Shown piece by piece: positions 23,801 through 27,363 of a DNA stretch of 27,363 nt. The stretch's first letter is position 1; each line of letters opens with the position of its first letter. The stretch covers positions 1 to 27,363 of IMG/VR virus record IMGVR_UViG_3300028588_000077, one strand, 5' to 3'. The DNA is from a virus. Taxonomy: Duplodnaviria; Caudoviricetes. Position numbers and translations under genes: made by a program. The notes under the pieces were generated by a model. The model searched no databases and was not told where the DNA came from. It worked only from the letters and a program-made list of their open reading frames with translations.

Positions 23801-24277
23801 ATGTCACTTGTTATATGCAACGAATGCGGGAATAAAATTAGCACGAAAGCGAATGCCTGCCCACAATGTGGAGCAAAAACGAAAAATAAAACCAAGACGT
23901 CTACTAAGCTAATCGCAGGTTTTTTTGGCCTTGCCGCTTTAATGAGTATCGTCGGACACAACTTGAAGGCAGATTCTACTTCGAAGCAGCCAGTTGACCC
24001 GGTTGCTGAAGTACGATTTCAAAAAACTGTTATGGTTGCGAAATCGGTTAAAGCTTCGCTCCGGAACCCAGAAAGCGTGGTATGGAACAACATTCTGGCG
24101 AACGATGAGGGAAGTGTTGTATGCATAGAGTATCGTGCGCAAAACGGATTTGGTGGAATGAATCTGGAGCAGATTACTTACGCTAAAGGAAAATTGCAAA
24201 AATCGGCAACCGTCTGGAACAAAAACTGCGCAAACAAGATGATGAACAACATGAAGAACGTAAAATACGCCTTGTAA
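23801..24277 (+). CDS. Zinc-ribbon single-pass membrane protein (AT-rich moron)
   Basis: CNECG...CPQCG, hydrophobic LIAGFFGLAALMSIVG, C-terminal LRNPES...VCIEYRAQNGFGG; GAGGAG SD. Confidence 0.85.
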   Translation: MSLVICNECGNKISTKANACPQCGAKTKNKTKTSTKLIAGFFGLAALMSIVGHNLKADSTSKQPVDPVAEVRFQKTVMVAKSVKASLRNPESVVWNNILANDEGSVVCIEYRAQNGFGGMNLEQITYAKGKLQKSATVWNKNCANKMMNNMKNVKYAL

Positions 24278-24343
24278 AATGCAATGCGCTCAGGCTAGCT
24301 CGAACCGCATATGGGTCCAGCAGCTACAGTAACCCGTTCAATC

Positions 24344-24366
24344 GCCCGCCTTGTGCGGGTTTTTTT
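24344..24366 (+). terminator. Intrinsic terminator of the cI-moron operon
   Basis: GCCCGC-CTTGT-GCGGGT hairpin followed by a T run. Confidence 0.85.
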
Positions 24367-24385
24367 GCGCCTGCCAACCGCTAGG

Positions 24386-24437
24386 TTAGCCTAAGGCTAA
24401 AATAATTCTTGCCCTTACGTTAGCCTTAGGCTAAAGT
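24386..24437 (+). promoter_or_regulatory. PL-like promoter TTGCCC-17-TAAAGT with two OL operators
   Basis: Operators TTAGCCTAAGGCTAA 24386-24400 and TTAGCCTTAGGCTAA 24420-24434; -35 at 24409-24414, -10 at 24432-24437. Confidence 0.85.
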
Positions 24438-24464
24438 GCTCTCATCAACCCTGATGGAGAGCAC

Positions 24465-24617
24465 ATGCGCACCTTCCACGTCACCGTCCGCACCGGCGGG
24501 CGCCCTACCGAGTACATCGACGATCAGTCGCAGTCCGCTGCTGAAGCCTGGGACCGCGCAGCTGCGCGCGTCGGCGACCAGCCTTGCGGCATCACCGTGA
24601 TCGCAGGGAGCCGCTGA
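24465..24617 (+). CDS. Small early protein (50 aa)
   Basis: MRTFHVTVRTGGRPTEYIDD...CGITVIAGSR; GGAG SD; TGATG coupling to the next gene; not in the ORF track. Confidence 0.75.
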   Translation: MRTFHVTVRTGGRPTEYIDDQSQSAAEAWDRAAARVGDQPCGITVIAGSR

Positions 24618-25153
24618 TGGACGGCCAGATCCGTCTCCGCCAGCCGCAGGACATGCGCGCCCTTCCCCCGCGGCCAGCGCGCACTACGTTATCCCTGCCG
24701 AAGCGCCCGATGAACTTCGTATTCGCATCTGGCGCCGTCGATGCCATTCCCGATCACGGTAACCGCCGCTTTACCGTGGTCAGCACCGAAGCGACCACAG
24801 CCAACTCGCTGCGCAAGGCAATCCTCGACTGCGCCCTCCAGGCGTCCCGCGCCGAGCCGCACGACTCCGACCGCCGCCTGCACAGCTTCATCGCAAAGCT
24901 GTCCGGAACGATGGAAGGCCTGGGCGAGCGCGAGCTGGATACGGTGCTGTGGAACCTGATGGCTACCACCCAGACCCCATCCGCACCAGTTGCCGCTCCG
25001 TCCTTATCAGATGTCCAGCTGGGCATGACCTGGTGGAACGGACTCACCGAAGAACGCCGCAGCTACTGGCTGTCAAAGGCTGTGTCCGCAGTGCCCTACG
25101 CCGCCTGGCTTGCGTTCCGGCGCGCTGAAGATGACTTGGCCGTGGACGGCTGA
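24617..25153 (+). CDS. Hypothetical early protein (178 aa)
   Basis: ATG overlaps the previous stop; C-terminal GMTWWNGLTEERRSYWL motif. Confidence 0.7.
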   Translation: MDGQIRLRQPQDMRALPPRPARTTLSLPKRPMNFVFASGAVDAIPDHGNRRFTVVSTEATTANSLRKAILDCALQASRAEPHDSDRRLHSFIAKLSGTMEGLGERELDTVLWNLMATTQTPSAPVAAPSLSDVQLGMTWWNGLTEERRSYWLSKAVSAVPYAAWLAFRRAEDDLAVDG

Positions 25154-25154
25154 C

Positions 25155-25247
25155 ATGGGTTTCCTTCCTCTCTACCGCTACTACCGCTTCATCGGCATGC
25201 CGCGCCTGGAAGCGCTGGCCTTGGCCTACCGCAACTGGATGCGCTGA
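25155..25247 (+). CDS. Small early protein (30 aa)
   Basis: MGFLPLYRYYRFIGMPRLEALALAYRNWMR; TGACATG junctions at both ends. Confidence 0.6.
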   Translation: MGFLPLYRYYRFIGMPRLEALALAYRNWMR

Positions 25248-25248
25248 C

Positions 25249-25437
25249 ATGCACCGCATCTCGCCAGATCGCGCCGCGCTGGAGATAGCGCACACCAGGT
25301 TGCGCAGCAGCTGGCCGCTGGACGAGATGCTCAAGAACCCCAGCCTCAAGATCATCCTCGAGGTGGTCGCCCGCCGGCACATGCAGCGCCGAGCGAGCGT
25401 CGACGTGAAGAAGCTGCAAGCCAACGACCAAGACTAA
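25249..25437 (+). CDS. Hypothetical early protein (62 aa)
   Basis: Coupled start; ends DVKKLQANDQD. Confidence 0.7.
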   Translation: MHRISPDRAALEIAHTRLRSSWPLDEMLKNPSLKIILEVVARRHMQRRASVDVKKLQANDQD

Positions 25438-25448
25438 TAGGAATAGGA

Positions 25449-25715
25449 ATGGACAATCAGCACAAGAAAATCAAGGGCTATCGCGACCTCTCCCAGGCCG
25501 AGATCGACTTGATGAACGAGATCAAAGCCAAGGGTGAAGAGCTGCGCGCCCTGGTGAAGAAGATCGAATCGACCATCGGCCCGGCGCCGGCCGTTGAGGA
25601 CGGCATCGCGCACGAAGCTGACAGCCCGCACTACTGGCTCCGTTACGCCGAGGGCAGCTTCCGCACCGGCGTGATGTTCGCAGTCCGCGCTGTCGCCCAA
25701 CCAGCCTCGTACTAA
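25449..25715 (+). CDS. acb2: Anti-CBASS cyclic nucleotide sponge, Acb2 family
   Basis: MDNQHKKIKGYRDLSQAEIDLMNEIK and TGVM...RAVAQP match my recollection of the Pseudomonas phage Acb2 termini; AGGA SD. Confidence 0.9.
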   Translation: MDNQHKKIKGYRDLSQAEIDLMNEIKAKGEELRALVKKIESTIGPAPAVEDGIAHEADSPHYWLRYAEGSFRTGVMFAVRAVAQPASY

Positions 25716-25726
25716 GCGAGGACGCA

Positions 25727-26077
25727 ATGGCTAAGAAAGCATTCGCAGTCTTCCTGCAGGAGCTGTGCGACGGCCGCACCCACGCGGAGCTCAGCGACCA
25801 GATGGCCCTCCTCCTCGAGAAGGTAAAGGAAACCGGCAAGGGCGGCGAGCTGACCTTGAAGCTGAAGGTGAAGCCAGCCGGCCGCGGCGCCGACGTCGAC
25901 AAGATCGTCATCGGCGAAAGCGTCACCCTCAAGCTGCCGAACCCCGAACGCGGCGAGGACTTCTTCTGGCTTACCGAAGACCACGACCTGTCCCGCAACC
26001 ATCCACGCCAGGGCAACCTGGAACTGCGTGACGCCACCCCATCCCAACCCATCACCCTGAAGGAAGCAGCTAAGTGA
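25727..26077 (+). CDS. YfdP-like hypothetical protein (partner of DUF2303)
   Basis: TGKGGELTLKLKVKP...FFWLTEDHDLSRNHPRQGNL; directly precedes DUF2303. Confidence 0.75.
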   Translation: MAKKAFAVFLQELCDGRTHAELSDQMALLLEKVKETGKGGELTLKLKVKPAGRGADVDKIVIGESVTLKLPNPERGEDFFWLTEDHDLSRNHPRQGNLELRDATPSQPITLKEAAK

Positions 26078-26898
26078 ACGACCACAATAACGGCCTGGCC
26101 AAGGCCATCGAAGAGATCGGCGCCATGGCACTGGCGGCCGCAGCAGTCCAAGAACTCGAAGGTACCTATCACCTGGTCGTGCCCCAGGACCACAAGCACA
26201 TTGACCTGACGGCTGCCATCGAAAAGGCCGGCGACGCGCCCCGCCGCAAGACCGGTACCGTGCACCTGAGCGAGATCGGCAGCTTCAACGTGTTCGTCGC
26301 CGACCAGGGCAAGTCCGACCACGTCTACATCTATGCGGACCCGGATGCGCGCACCCTGACTGCCGTGCTGAACGACCACGTGCATGCTGACGAAGAAGCC
26401 GGTTGGCGCGATCACCGCGCCATCTTCAAGGCTGAGCTGAGCCGCGAGTTCGACACCTGGATGGGCAACAACAAGCAGCCGATGGAGCAGGAAGCATTTG
26501 CCATCTTCCTCGAAGACAACATCGCCGACGTGGTCGAGCCATCCGGCGAAACCCTGCTCCAAGTCGCGCTGACGCTGCAGGCCAAGACCGAAGTCAACTT
26601 CAGCAGCCAACGTCGCCTGGATAACGGACAGGTCCAGCTCGCCTACAGCGAGACCATCGACGCGCGCGCAGCCGCCGGCACGGTCGAGATTCCGCGCGAG
26701 TTCGCCATCGGCGCCCGCCTCTTCAAGAACGGCGAAGGCTACAAGGTGCGTGCGCGCCTGAAGTACCGCCTGGGCGGCGGTAAGGTCAAGTTCTGGTACG
26801 AGCTCGACCGCCCCGAGACCGTCATCGAAGACGCCTTCCAGGCCTACATCAACTCGGCCCGCGAGAACGGCTTCACCGTCCTCCTCGGCAAACCATAA
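26074..26898 (+). CDS. DUF2303 (YfdQ-like) family protein
   Basis: TAVLNDH...GWRDHRA...MEQEAFAIFLEDN...ARLKYRL; GTGA overlap with the upstream gene. Confidence 0.85.
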   Translation: MNDHNNGLAKAIEEIGAMALAAAAVQELEGTYHLVVPQDHKHIDLTAAIEKAGDAPRRKTGTVHLSEIGSFNVFVADQGKSDHVYIYADPDARTLTAVLNDHVHADEEAGWRDHRAIFKAELSREFDTWMGNNKQPMEQEAFAIFLEDNIADVVEPSGETLLQVALTLQAKTEVNFSSQRRLDNGQVQLAYSETIDARAAAGTVEIPREFAIGARLFKNGEGYKVRARLKYRLGGGKVKFWYELDRPETVIEDAFQAYINSARENGFTVLLGKP

Positions 26899-26913
26899 AA
26901 GAAAGATCCTGCC

Positions 26914-27297
26914 ATGCACAAACGAGCATTCCAACAGGGCGCGCGCATCCCCATGACGACCGAGACCTACCAGCGTTTGGCGCTCCAGCTGCGCATGGCA
27001 GGCGAAGCGCTGATCACCTACCCGACGCCCGACACGTACAACCAGCTGTCGAAACTCTTCGCGACCCTGGGCCGCGCCGGCCTGGCTGGCGACCAGCTCG
27101 ACCTGGGCAACGATGCGCTGTCCGACATCTGTGACCGCTTCGAGGAAGAAGGCCGCATCCGCATCACCGACGTCGAGGCCGAGCACATCCGCACCGCGAT
27201 CGCCAACATGGACCGGCGCCTGCCAGCCGTGGCCGTGAATCACCTGCGCCAGGCCCAGTGCGAAGTCGAAGTCTACTGCGCCAGTGTCGGCGCCTGA
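26914..27297 (+). CDS. Hypothetical early protein (127 aa)
   Basis: ORF in operon orientation with GC-rich third codon positions. Confidence 0.7.
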   Translation: MHKRAFQQGARIPMTTETYQRLALQLRMAGEALITYPTPDTYNQLSKLFATLGRAGLAGDQLDLGNDALSDICDRFEEEGRIRITDVEAEHIRTAIANMDRRLPAVAVNHLRQAQCEVEVYCASVGA

Positions 27298-27307
27298 AAG
27301 GACCACC

Positions 27308-27363
27308 GTGAGCACCACTACCCTCACCGCTTCCTACCTGCACAGCCTGCGCGACCTGATCGC
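27308..27363 (+). CDS. Partial CDS running off the right edge
   Basis: GTG start after an AAGGA SD; frame open to the end (MSTTTLTASYLHSLRDLI...). Confidence 0.55.
   Translation, partial: MSTTTLTASYLHSLRDLI

Larger units (their letters stand above)
1..27363. mobile_element. Temperate lambda-like siphovirus/prophage (internal segment, both ends outside the window)
   Basis: Continuous tail, head, terminase, replication, cro/cI switch and early genes with tightly coupled junctions; no host housekeeping genes or att site visible. Confidence 0.97.

Noticed and set aside
25522-27327. 601-aa minus-strand ORF
   Set aside because: Antisense shadow across four well-supported plus-strand genes; no motifs

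Overview
The whole window lies inside one intact-looking temperate lambda-like siphovirus (prophage) of a GC-rich host. A betaproteobacterial host is my inference and is unproven. The minus strand, read right to left, carries cro, cII, a P4-alpha-like primase-helicase, an iteron/inverted-repeat region (candidate origin), a gpZ/HK97-gp10-like gene and a cos-like region. It continues with terS, terL (GpA type), a Mor-family activator, gpW and portal, then an inserted five-gene fibre-like module containing a LamG-like repeat protein. After that come a protease-capsid fusion, DUF2190, head-tail genes, tail tube, G/GT chaperones with a -1 frameshift, tape measure and a partial tail-tip gene. The plus strand carries cI, an AT-rich zinc-ribbon membrane moron and an early operon with small ORFs, an Acb2-family anti-CBASS sponge and a YfdP/YfdQ (DUF2303)-like pair. 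The strongest non-coding signals are five 15-bp palindromic operators and two identically spaced dyad boxes in front of apparently leaderless late genes. A hairpin at PL would hide the first early RBS only in read-through RNA. No integrase, att site, lysis genes, tRNA or CRISPR were seen. Family assignments come from recalled motifs and synteny, not database searches.
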